Origin: Eledone cirrhosa
Taxonomy: Eukaryota
NCBI GenBank assembly: GCA_964016885.1
Contig: OZ024741.1
Location: 396,366,001 to 396,430,000, forward strand
DNA: 64,000 nucleotides
Reading direction: 5' to 3'
In this document: positions 13,741-26,400 of the stretch, in pieces
Position numbering within the stretch: the stretch's first letter is position 1
Layout of the letters: every line of letters begins with the position of its first letter
The notes under the pieces: model-generated
Database searches by the model: none
Told to the model about the DNA's origin: nothing
What the model saw: only the letters and a program-made list of their open reading frames with translations
Program-made: the position numbers and the translations under genes

Positions 13741-16700
13741 TCAGTCCCACCACAAGGGTCAAAGTGTTTCAATCAGTCACACCACAAGGGTCAACGTGCA
13801 TCAATCAGTCACACCACAAGGGTCAAAGTGCATCAATCAGTCACACCACAAGGGTCAAAGTGCATCAATCAGTCACACCACAAGGGTCAAAGTGCATTAA
13901 TCAGCCACACCACAAGGGTCAAAGTGCATCAATCAGTCACACCACAAGAGTCAAAGTGCATCAATCAACCACACCACAACAGTCAAAGTGCATCAATCAG
14001 TTACACCACAAGAGTCAAAGTGCATCAATCAGTCACACCACAAGAGTCAAAGTGCATCAATCAGTCACACCACAAGAGTCAAAGTGCATCAATCAGTTAC
14101 ACCACAAGAGTCAAAGTGCATCAATCAGTCACACCACAAGGGTCAAAGTGCATCAATCAGCCACACCACAAGGGTCAAAGTGCATCAATCAGTCACACCA
14201 CAAGAGTCAAAGTGCATCAATCAGTCACACCACAAGGGTCAAAGTGCATCAATCAGTTACACCACAAGAGTCAATGTGCATCAATCAGTTACACCACAAG
14301 AGTCAAAGTGCATCAATCAGACACACCACAAGGGTCAAAGTGCATCAATCAGTTACACCACAAGAGTCAAAGTGCATCAATCAGTTACACCACAAGAGTC
14401 AAAGTGCATCAATCAGTCACACCACAAGAGTCAAAGTGCATCAATCAGTCACACCACAAGGGTCAAAGTGCATCAATCAGTCACACCACAAGGGTCAAAG
14501 TGCATCAATCAGTCACACCACAAGAGTCAAAGTGCATCAATCAGTCACACCACAAGGGTCAAAGTCCATCAATCAGTCACACCACAAGGGTCAAAGTGCA
14601 TCAATCAGTCACACCACAAGGGTCAAAGTGCATCAAACAGTCACACCACAAGAGTCAAAGTGCATCAATCAGTCACACCACAAGGGTCAAATTCTTTCAA
14701 TCAGTCACACCACAAGAGTCAAAGTGCATCAATCAGTCACACCACAAGGGTCAAAGTGCATCAATCAGTCACACCACAAGGGTCAAAGTGTTTCAATCAG
14801 TCACACCACAAGGGTCAAAGTGCATCAATCAGTCACACCACAAGTGTCAAAGTGTTTCAAACAGTCACACCACAAGGGTCAAATTGCATCAATCAGTCAC
14901 ACCACAAGGGTCAAAGTGCATCAATCAGTCACACCACAAGGGTCAAATTCCTTCAATCAGTCACACCACAAGTGTCAAAGTGTTTCAATCAGTCACACCA
15001 CAAGGGTCAAAGTGCATCAATCAGTCACACCACTAGGGTCAAAGTGCATCAATCAGTCACACCACAAGGGTAAAAGTGTTTCAATCAGTCACACCACAAG
15101 GGTCAAAGTGTTTCAATCAGTCACACCACAAGGGTCAAAGTGTTTCAATCAGTCACACAACAAGGGTCAAAGTGCATCAATCAGTCACACCACAAGGGTC
15201 AAATTCCTTCAATCAGTCACACCACAAGGGTCAAAGTGCATCTATCAGTCACACTACAAGGGTCAAAGTGCATCAATCAGTCACACCACAAGAGTCAAAG
15301 TGCTTCAATCAGTCACACCACAAGGGTCAAATTCCTTCAATCAGTTACACCACAAGGGTCAAAGTGTTTCAATCAGTCACACCACAAGGGTCAAATTCCT
15401 TCAATCAGTCACACCACAAGGGTCAAAGTGCATCAATCAGCACACCACAAGGGTCAAATTCCTTCAATCAGTCACACCACAAGGGTCAAAGTGCATCAAT
15501 CAGTCACACCACAAGAGTCAAAGTGCTTCAATCAGTCACACCACAAGGGTCAAATTCCTTCAATCAGTCACACCACAAGGGTCAAAGTGCATCAATCAGT
15601 CTCACCACAAGAGTCAAAGTGCATCAATCAGTCACACCACAAGGGTCAAAGTGCATCAATCAGTCACACCACAAGAGTCAAAGTGCATCAATCAGTCACA
15701 CCACAAGAGTCAAAGTGCTTCAATCAGTCACACCACAAGGGTCAAATTCCTTCAATCAGTCACACCACAAGGGTCAAAGTGCATCAATCAGTCACACCAC
15801 AAGGGTCAAAGTGCATCAATCAGTCACACCACAAGAGTCAAAGTGCATCAATCAGTCACACCACAAGGGTCAAAGTGCATCAATCAGTCACACCACAAGG
15901 GTCAAAGTGCATCAATCAGTCACACCACAAGGGTCAAAGTGCATCAATCAGTCACACCACAAGAGTCAAAGTGCATCAATCAGTCACACCACAAGGGTCA
16001 AATTCCTTCAATCAGTCACACCACAAGAGTCAAAGTGCATCAATCAGTCACACCACAAGGGTCAAAGTGCATCAATCAGTCACAGCACAAGGGTCAAAGT
16101 GTTTCAATCAGTCACACCACAAGGGTCAAAGTGCATCAATCAGTCACACCACAAGGGTCAAAGTGTTTCAATCAGTCACACCACAAGGGTCAAAGTGCAT
16201 CAATCAGTCACACCACAAGAGTCAAAGTGCATCAATCAGTCACACCACAAGGGTCAAAGTGCATCAATCAGTCCCACCACAAGGGTCAAAGTGTTTCAAT
16301 CAGTCACACCACAAGGGTCAAAGTGCATCAATCAGTCTCACCACAAGAGTCAAAGTGCATCAATCAGTCACACCACAAGGGTCAAAGTGCATCAATCAGC
16401 CACACCACAAGGGTCAAAGTGCATCAATCAGTCACACCACAAGAATCAAAGTGCATCAATCAGTCACACCACAAGAGTCAAAGTGCTTCAATCAGTCACA
16501 CCACAAGGGTCAAATTCCTTCAATCAGTCACACCACAAGGGTCAAAGTGCATCAATCAGTCACACCACAAGGGTCAAAGTGCATCAATCAGTCACACCAC
16601 AAGAGTCAAAGTGCATCAATCAGTCACACCACAAGGGTCAAAGTGCATCAATCAGTCACACCACAAGGGTCAAAGTGCATCAATCAGTCACACCACAAGG

Positions 16701-18539
16701 GTCAAAGTGCATCAATCAGTCACACCACAAGAGTCAAAGTGCATCAATCAGTCACACCACAAGGGTCAAATTCCTTCAATCAGTCACACCACAAGAGTCA
16801 AAGTGCATCAATCAGTCACACCACAAGGGTCAAAGTGCATCAATCAGTCACAGCACAAGGGTCAAAGTGTTTCAATCAGTCACACCACAAGGGTCAAAGT
16901 GCATCAATCAGTCACACCTCAAGGGTCAAAGTGTTTCAATCAGTCACACCACAAGGGTCAAAGTGCATCAATCAGTCACACCACAAGAGTCAAAGTGCAT
17001 CAATCAGTCACACCACAAGGGTCAAAGTGCATCAATCAGTCCCACCACAAGGGTCAAAGTGTTTCAATCAGTCACACCACAAGGGTCAAAGTGCATCAAT
17101 CAGTCACACCACAAGGGTCAAAGTGCATCAATCAGTCACACCACAAGGGTCAAAGTGCATCAATCAGTCACACCACAAGGGTCAAATTCCTTCAATCAGT
17201 CACACCACATGGGTCAAAGTGTTTCAATCAGTCACACCACAAGGGTCAAAGTGCATCAATCAGTCACACCACAAGAGTTAAAGTGCAACAATCAGTCACA
17301 CCACAAGGGTCAAAATGCATCAATCAGTCACACCACAAGGGTCAAAGTGCATCAATCAGTCACACCACAAGGGTCAAAGTGCATCAATCAGCCACACCAC
17401 AAGGGTCAAAGTGCATCAATCAGTCACACCACAAGGGTCAAAGTGCATCAATCAGTCACACCACAAGGGTCAAAGTGCATCAATCAGTCACACCACAAGA
17501 GTCAAAGTGCATCAATCAGTCACACCACAAGGGTCAAAGTCCATCAATCAGTCACACCACAAGGGTCAAAGTGTATCAAACAGTCACACCACAAGAGTCA
17601 AAGTGCATCAATCAGTCACACCACAAGGGTCAAATTCTTTCAATCAGTCACACCACAAGAGTCAAAGTGCATCAATCAGTCACACCACAAGGGTCAAAGT
17701 GCATCAATCAGTCACACCACAAGGGTCAAAGTGTTTCAATCAGTCACACCACAAGGGTCAAAGTGCATCAATCAGTCACACCACAAGTGTCAAAGTGTTT
17801 CAAACAGTCACACCACAAGGGTCAAATTGCATCAATCAGTCACACCACAAGGGTCAAAGTGCATCAATCAGTCACACCACAAGGGTCAAATTCCTTCAAT
17901 CAGTCACACCACAAGTGTCAAAGTGTTTCAATCAGTCACACCACAAGGGTCAAAGTGCATCAATCAGTCACACCACTAGGGTCAAAGTGCATCAATCAGT
18001 CACACCACAAGGGTAAAAGTGTTTCAATCAGTCACACCACAAGGGTCAAAGTGTTTCAATCAGTCACACCACAAGGGTCAAAGTGTTTCAATCAGTCACA
18101 CAACAAGGGTCAAAGTGCATCAATCAGTCACACCACAAGGGTCAAATTCCTTCAATCAGTCACACCACAAGGGTCAAAGTGCATCTATCAGTCACACTAC
18201 AAGGGTCAAAGTGCATCAATCAGTCACACCACAAGAGTCAAAGTGCTTCAATCAGTCACACCACAAGGGTCAAATTCCTTCAATCAGTTACACCACAAGG
18301 GTCAAAGTGTTTCAATCAGTCACACCACAAGGGTCAAATTCCTTCAATCAGTCACACCACAAGGGTCAAAGTGCATCAATCAGCACACCACAAGGGTCAA
18401 ATTCCTTCAATCAGTCACACCACAAGGGTCAAAGTGCATCAATCAGTCACACCACAAGAGTCAAAGTGCTTCAATCAGTCACACCACAAGGGTCAAATTC
18501 CTTCAATCAGTCACACCACAAGGGTCAAAGTGCATCAAT

Positions 18540-20400
18540 CAGTCTCACCACAAGAGTCAAAGTGCATCAATCAGTCACACCACAAGGATCAAAGTGCATC
18601 AATCAGCCACACCACAAGGGTCAAAGTGCATCAATCAGTCACACCACAAGAGTCAAAGTGCATCAATCAGTCACACCACAAGAGTCAAAGTGCTTCAATC
18701 AGTCACACCACAAGGGTCAAATTCCTTCAATCAGTCACACCACAAGGGTCAAAGTGCATCAATCAGTCACACCACAAGGGTCAAAGTGCATCAATCAGTC
18801 ACACCACAAGAGTCAAAGTGCATCAATCAGTCACACCACAAGGGTCAAAGTGCATCAATCAGTCACACCACAAGGGTCAAAGTGCATCAATCAGTCACAC
18901 CACAAGGGTCAAAGTGCATCAATCAGTCACACCACAAGAGTCAAAGTGCATCAATCAGTCACACCACAAGGGTCAAATTCCTTCAATCAGTCACACCACA
19001 AGAGTCAAAGTGCATCAATCAGTCACACCACAAGGGTCAAAGTGCATCAATCAGTCACAGCACAAGGGTCAAAGTGTTTCAATCAGTCACACCACAAGGG
19101 TCAAAGTGCATCAATCAGTCACACCACAAGGGTCAAAGTGTTTCAATCAGTCACACCACAAGGGTCAAAGTGCATCAATCAGTCACACCACAAGAGTCAA
19201 AGTGCATCAATCAGTCACACCACAAGGGTCAAAGTGCATCAATCAGTCCCACCACAAGGGTCAAAGTGTTTCAATCAGTCACACCACAAGGGTCAAAGTG
19301 CATCAATCAGTCTCACCACAAGAGTCAAAGTGCATCAATCAGTCACACCACAAGGGTCAAAGTGCATCAATCAGCCACACCACAAGGGTCAAAGTGCATC
19401 AATCAGTCACACCACAAGAATCAAAGTGCATCAATCAGTCACACCACAAGAGTCAAAGTGCTTCAATCAGTCACACCACAAGGGTCAAATTCCTTCAATC
19501 AGTCACACCACAAGGGTCAAAGTGCATCAATCAGTCACACCACAAGGGTCAAAGTGCATCAATCAGTCACACCACAAGAGTCAAAGTGCATCATTCAGTC
19601 ACACCACAAGGGTCAAAGTGCATCAATCAGTCACACCACAAGGGTCAAAGTGCATCAATCAGTCACACCACAAGGGTCAAAGTGCATCAATCAGTCACAC
19701 CACAAGAGTCAAAGTGCATCAATCAGTCACACCACAAGGGTCAAATTCCTTCAATCAGTCACACCACAAGAGTCAAAGTGCATCAATCAGTCACACCACA
19801 AGGGTCAAAGTGCATCAATCAGTCACAGCACAAGGGTCAAAGTGTTTCAATCAGTCACACCACAAGGGTCAAAGTGCATCAATCAGTCACACCACAAGGG
19901 TCAAAGTGTTTCAATCAGTCACACCACAAGGGTCAAAGTGCATCAATCAGTCACACCACAAGAGTCAAAGTGCATCAATCAGTCACACCACAAGGGTCAA
20001 AGTGCATCAATCAGTCCCACCACAAGGGTCAAAGTGTTTCAATCAGTCACACCACAAGGGTCAAAGTGCATCAATCAGTCTCACCACAAGAGTCAAAGTG
20101 CATCAATCAGTCACACCACAAGGGTCAAAGTGCATCAATCAGCCACACCACAAGGGTCAAAGTGCATCAATCAGTCACACCACAAGAATCAAAGTGCATC
20201 AATCAGTCACACCACAAGAGTCAAAGTGCTTCAATCAGTCACACCACAAGGGTCAAATTCCTTCAATCAGTCACACCACAAGGGTCAAAGTGCATCAATC
20301 AGTCACACCACAAGGGTCAAAGTGCATCAATCAGTCACACCACAAGAGTCAAAGTGCATCAATCAGTCACACCACAAGGGTCAAAGTGTTTCAATCAGTC
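18540..20400. repeat. 24-monomer (768-bp) sub-repeat, about 2.4 tandem copies; also present at about 24690-25790 and 38350-39480, with a 23-mer version at 15600-16336
   Basis: The rare AGTCTCACC variant has TCTC starting at 18543, 19311 and 20079, at 24687 and 25455, and at 38349 and 39117, all 768 bp apart. Each full copy also carries the CACAGCAC and GTCCCACC variants. Confidence 0.9.
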
Positions 20401-23400
20401 CCACCACAAGGGTCAAAGTGTTTCAATCAGTCACACCACAAGGGTCAAAGTGCATCAATCAGTCACACCACAAGGGTCAAAGTGCATCAATCAGTCACAC
20501 CACAAGGGTCAAATTCCTTCAATCAGTCACACCACATGGGTCAAAGTGTTTCAATCAGTCACACCACAAGGGTCAAAGTGCATCAATCAGTCACACCACA
20601 AGAGTTAAAGTGCAACAATCAGTCACACCACAAGGGTCAAAATGCATCAATCAGTCACACCACAAGGGTCAAAGTGCATCAATCAGTCACACCACAAGGG
20701 TCAAAGTGCATCAATCAGCCACACCACAAGGGTCAAAGTGCATCAATCAGTCACACCACAAGGGTCAAAGTGCATCAATCAGCCACAGCACAAGGGTCAA
20801 AGTGCATCAATCAGTCACACCACAAGAATCAAAGTGCATCAATCAGTGACACCACAAGGGTCAAAGTGCTTCAATCAGTCACACCACAAGAGTCAAAGTG
20901 CATCAATGAGTCACACCACAAGGGTCAAAGTGCATCAATCAGTCACACCACAAGAGTCAAAGTGCTTCAATCAGTCACACCACAAGGGTCAAATTCCTTC
21001 AATCAGTCACACCACAAGGGTCAAAGTGCATCAATCAGTCACACCACAAGGGTCAAAGTGCATCAATCAGTCACACCACAAGGGTCAAAGTGCATCAATC
21101 AGTCACACCACAAGGGTCAAATTCCTTCAATCAGTCACACCACAAGAGTCAAAGTGCATCAATCAGTCACACCACAAGAGTCAAAGTGCTTCAATCAGTC
21201 ACACCACAAGGGTCAAATTCCTTCAATCAGTCACACCACAAGGGTCAAAGTGCATCAATCAGTCACACCACAAGGGTCAAAGTGCATCAATCAGTCACAC
21301 CACAAGGGTCAAAGTGCATCAATCAGTCACACCACAAGGGTCAAATTGCATCAATCAGTTACACCACAAGGGTCAAAGTGCATTAATCAGTCACACCACA
21401 AGGGTCAAATTCCTTCAATCAGTCACACCACAAGGGTCAAAGTGCATCAATCAGTCACACCACAAGAGTCAAAGTGCATCAATCAGTCAAACCACAAGGG
21501 TCAAAGTGCATCAATCAGCCACACCACAAGGGTCAAAGTGCATCAATCAATAACACCACAAGGGTCAAGGTGCATCAATCAGTCACACCACAAGGGTCAA
21601 AGTGCATCAATCAGTCACACCACAAGGGTCAAAGTGCATCAATCAGTCACACCACAAGGGTCAAAGTGCATCAATCAGTCACACCACAAGGGTCAAAGTG
21701 CATCAATCAGTCACACCACAAGAGTCAAAGTGCATCAATCAGTCACACCACAAGGGTCAAATTCCTTCAATCAGTCACACCACAAGGGTCAAAGTGCATC
21801 AATCAGTCACACCACACGAGTCAAAGTGCATCAATCAGTCACACCACAAGGGTCAAAGTGCATCAATCAGTCACACCACAAGGGTCAAAGTACATCAATC
21901 AGTCACACCACAAGAGTCAAAGTGCATCAATCAGCCACACCACAAGGGTCAAAGTGCATCAATCAGTCACACCACAAGGGTCAAAGTGCATCAATCAGTC
22001 AGACCACAAGGGTCAAAGTGGATCAATCAGTCACACCACAAGGTTCAAAGTGCATCAATCAGTCACACCACAAGGGTCAAAGTGCATCAATCAGTCACAC
22101 CACAAGAGTCAAAGTGCATCAATCAGTGACACCACAAGAGTCAAAGGGCACCAATCAGTCACACCACAAGGGTCAAATTCCTTCAATCAGTCACACCACA
22201 AGGGTCAAAGTGTATCAATCAGTCACACCTCAAGAGTCAAAGTGCATCAATCAGTCACACCACAAGGGTCAAAGTGCATCAATCAGTCACACGACAAGGG
22301 TCAAAGTGCATCAATCAGTAACACCACAAGGGTCAAAGTGCATCAATCAGTCACACCACAAGGGTCAAAGTGCATTAATCAGCCACACCACAAGGGTCAA
22401 AGTGCATCAATCAGTCACACCACAAGAGTCAAAGTGCATCAATCAACCACACCACAAGAGTCAAAGTGCATCAATCAGTTACACCACAAGAGTCAAAGTG
22501 CATCAATCAGTCACACCACAAGAGTCAAAGTGCATCAATCAGTCACACCACAAGGGTCAAAGTGCATCAATCAGCCACACCACAAGGGTCAAAGTGCATC
22601 AATCAGTCACACCACAAGAGTCAAAGTGCATCAATCAGTCACACCACACGGGTCAAAGTGCATCAATCAGTTACACCACAAGAGTCAATGTGCATCAATC
22701 AGTTACACCACAAGAGTCAAAGTGCATCAATCAGACACACCACAAGAGTCAAAGTGCATCAATCAGTTACACCACAAGAGTCAAAGTGCATCAATCAGTC
22801 ACACCACAAGAGTCAAAGTGCATCAATCAGTCACACCACAAGGGTCAAAGTGCATCAATCAGTCACACCACAAGGGTCAAAGTGCATCAATCAGTCACAC
22901 CACAAGAGTCAAAGTGCATCAATCAGTCACACCACAAGGGTCAAAGTCCATCAATCAGTCACACCACAAGGGTCAAAGTGCATCAATCAGTCACACCACA
23001 AGGGTCAAAGTGCATCAAACAGTCACACCACAAGAGTCAAAGTGCATCAATCAGTCACACCACAAGGGTCAAATTCTTTCAATCAGTCACACCACAAGAG
23101 TCAAAGTGCATCAATCAGTCACACCACAAGGGTCAAAGTGCATCAATCAGTCACACCACAAGGGTCAAAGTGTTTCAATCAGTCACACCACAAGGGTCAA
23201 AGTGCATCAATCAGTCACACCACAAGTGTCAAAGTGTTTCAAACAGTCACACCACAAGGGTCAAATTGCATCAATCAGTCACACCACAAGGGTCAAAGTG
23301 CATCAATCAGTCACACCACAAGGGTCAAATTCCTTCAATCAGTCACACCACAAGTGTCAAAGTGATTCAATCAGTCACACCACAAGGGTCAAAGTGCATC

Positions 23401-26400
23401 AATCAGTCACACCACTAGGGTCAAAGTGCATCAATCAGTCACACCACAAGGGTAAAAGTGTTTCAATCAGTCACACCACAAGGGTCAAAGTGTTTCAATC
23501 AGTCACACCACAAGGGTCAAAGTGTTTCAATCAGTCACACAACAAGGGTCAAAGTGCATCAATCAGTCACACCACAAGGGTCAAATTCCTTCAATCAGTC
23601 ACACCACAAGGGTCAAAGTGCATCTATCAGTCACACTACAAGGGTCAAAGTGCATCAATCAGTCACACCACAAGGGTCAAAGTGCTTCAATCAGTCACAC
23701 CACAAGGGTCAAATTCCTTCAATCAGTTACACCACAAGGGTCAAAGTGTTTCAATCAGTCACACCACAAGGGTCAAATTCCTTCAATCAGTCACACCACA
23801 AGGGTCAAAGTGCATCAATCAGTCACACCACAAGGGTCAAATTCCTTCAATCAGTCACACCACAAGGGTCAAAGTGCATCAATCAGTCACACCACAAGAG
23901 TCAAAGTGCTTCAATCAGTCACACCACAAGGGTCAAATTCCTTCAATCAGTCACACCACAAGGGTCAAAGTGCATCAATCAGTAACACCACAAGAGTCAA
24001 AGAGCATCAATCAGTCACACCACAAGGGTCAACGTGCATCAATCAGTCACACCACAAGGGTCAAAGTGCATCAATCAGTCACACCACAAGGGTCAAAGTG
24101 CATCAATCAGTCACACCACAAGGGTCAAAGTGCATTAATCAGCCACACCACAAGGGTCAAAGTGCATCAATCATTCACACCACAAGAGTCAAAGTGCATC
24201 AATCAACCACACCACAAGAGTCAAAGTGCATCAATCAGTTACACCACAAGAGTCAAAGTGCATCAATCAGTCACACCACAAGGGTCAAAGTGCATCAATC
24301 AGTTACACCACAAGAGTCAATGTGCATCAATCAGTTACACCACAAGAGTCAAAGTGCATCAATCAGACACACCACAAGGGTCAAAGTGCATCAATCAGTT
24401 ACACCACAAGAGTCAAAGTGCATCAATCAGTTACACCACAAGAGTCAAAGTGCATCAATCAGTCACACCACAAGAGTCAAAGTGCATCAATCAGTCACAC
24501 CACAAGGGTCAAAGTCCATCAATCAGTCACACCACAAGGGTCAAAGTGCATCAATCAGTCACACCACAAGGGTCAAAGTGCATCAAACTGTCACACCACA
24601 AGAGTCAAAGTGCATCAATCAGTCACACCACAAGGGTCAAAGTGTTTCAATCAGTCACACCACAAGGGTCAAAGTGCATCAATCAGTCTCACCACAAGAG
24701 TCAAAGTGCATCAATCAGTCACACCACAAGGGTCAAAGTGCATCAATCAGCCACACCACAAGGGTCAAAGTGCATCAATCAGTCACACCACAAGAATCAA
24801 AGTGCATCAATCAGTCACACCACAAGAGTCAAAGTGCTTCAATCAGTCACACCACAAGGGTCAAATTCCTTCAATCAGTCACACCACAAGGGTCAAAGTG
24901 CATCAATCAGTCACACCACAAGGGTCAAAGTACATCAATCAGTCACACCACAAGAGTCAAAGTGCATCAATCAGTCACACCACAAGGGTCAAAGTGCATC
25001 AATCAGTCACACCACAAGGGTCAAAGTGCATCAATCAGTCACACCACAAGGGTCAAAGTGCATCAATCAGTCACACCACAAGAGTCAAAGTGCATCAATC
25101 AGTCACACCACAAGGGTCAAATTCCTTCAATCAGTCACACCACAAGAGTCAAAGTGCATCAATCAGTCACACCACAAGGGTCAAAGTGCATCAATCAGTC
25201 ACAGCACAAGGGTCAAAGTGTTTCAATCAGTCACACCACAAGGGTCAAAGTGCATCAATCAGTCACACCACAAGGGTCAAAGTGTTTCAATCAGTCACAC
25301 CACAAGGGTCAAAGTGCATCAATCAGTCACACCACAAGAGTCAAAGTGCATCAATCAGTCACACCACAAGGGTCAAAGTGCATCAATCAGTCCCACCACA
25401 AGGGTCAAAGTGTTTCAATCAGTCACACCACAAGGGTCAAAGTGCATCAATCAGTCTCACCACAAGAGTCAAAGTGCATCAATCAGTCACACCACAAGGG
25501 TCAAAGTGCATCAATCAGCCACACCACAAGGGTCAAAGTGCATCAATCAGTCACACCACAAGAATCAAAGTGCATCAATCAGTCACACCACAAGAGTCAA
25601 AGTGCTTCAATCAGTCACACCACAAGGGTCAAATTCCTTCAATCAGTCACACCACAAGGGTCAAAGTGCATCAATCAGTCACACCACAAGGGTCAAAGTG
25701 CATCAATCAGTCACACCACAAGAGTCAAAGTGCATCAATCAGTCACACCACAAGGGTCAAAGTGTTTCAATCAGTCCCACCACAAGGGTCAAAGTGTTTC
25801 AATCAGTCACACCACAAGGGTCAAAGTGCATCAATCAGTCACACCACAAGGGTCAAAGTGCATCAATCAGTCACACCACAAGGGTCAAAGTGCATCAATC
25901 AGTCACACCACAAGGGTCAAATTCCTTCAATCAGTCACACCACATGGGTCAAAGTGTTTCAATCAGTCACACCACAAGGGTCAAAGTGCATCAATCAGTC
26001 ACACCACAAGAGTTAAAGTGCAACAATCAGTCACACCACAAGGGTCAAAATGCATCAATCAGTCACACCACAAGGGTCAAAGTGCATCAATCAGTCACAC
26101 CACAAGGGTCAAAGTGCATCAATCAGCCACACCACAAGGGTCAAAGTGCATCAATCAGTCACACCACAAGGGTCAAAGTGCATCAATCAGCCACAGCACA
26201 AGGGTCAAAGTGCATCAATCAGTCACACCACAAGAATCAAAGTGCATCAATCAGTGACACCACAAGGGTCAAAGTGCTTCAATCAGTCACACCACAAGAG
26301 TCAAAGTGCATCAATGAGTCACACCACAAGGGTCAAAGTGCATCAATCAGTCACACCACAAGAGTCAAAGTGCTTCAATCAGTCACACCACAAGGGTCAA

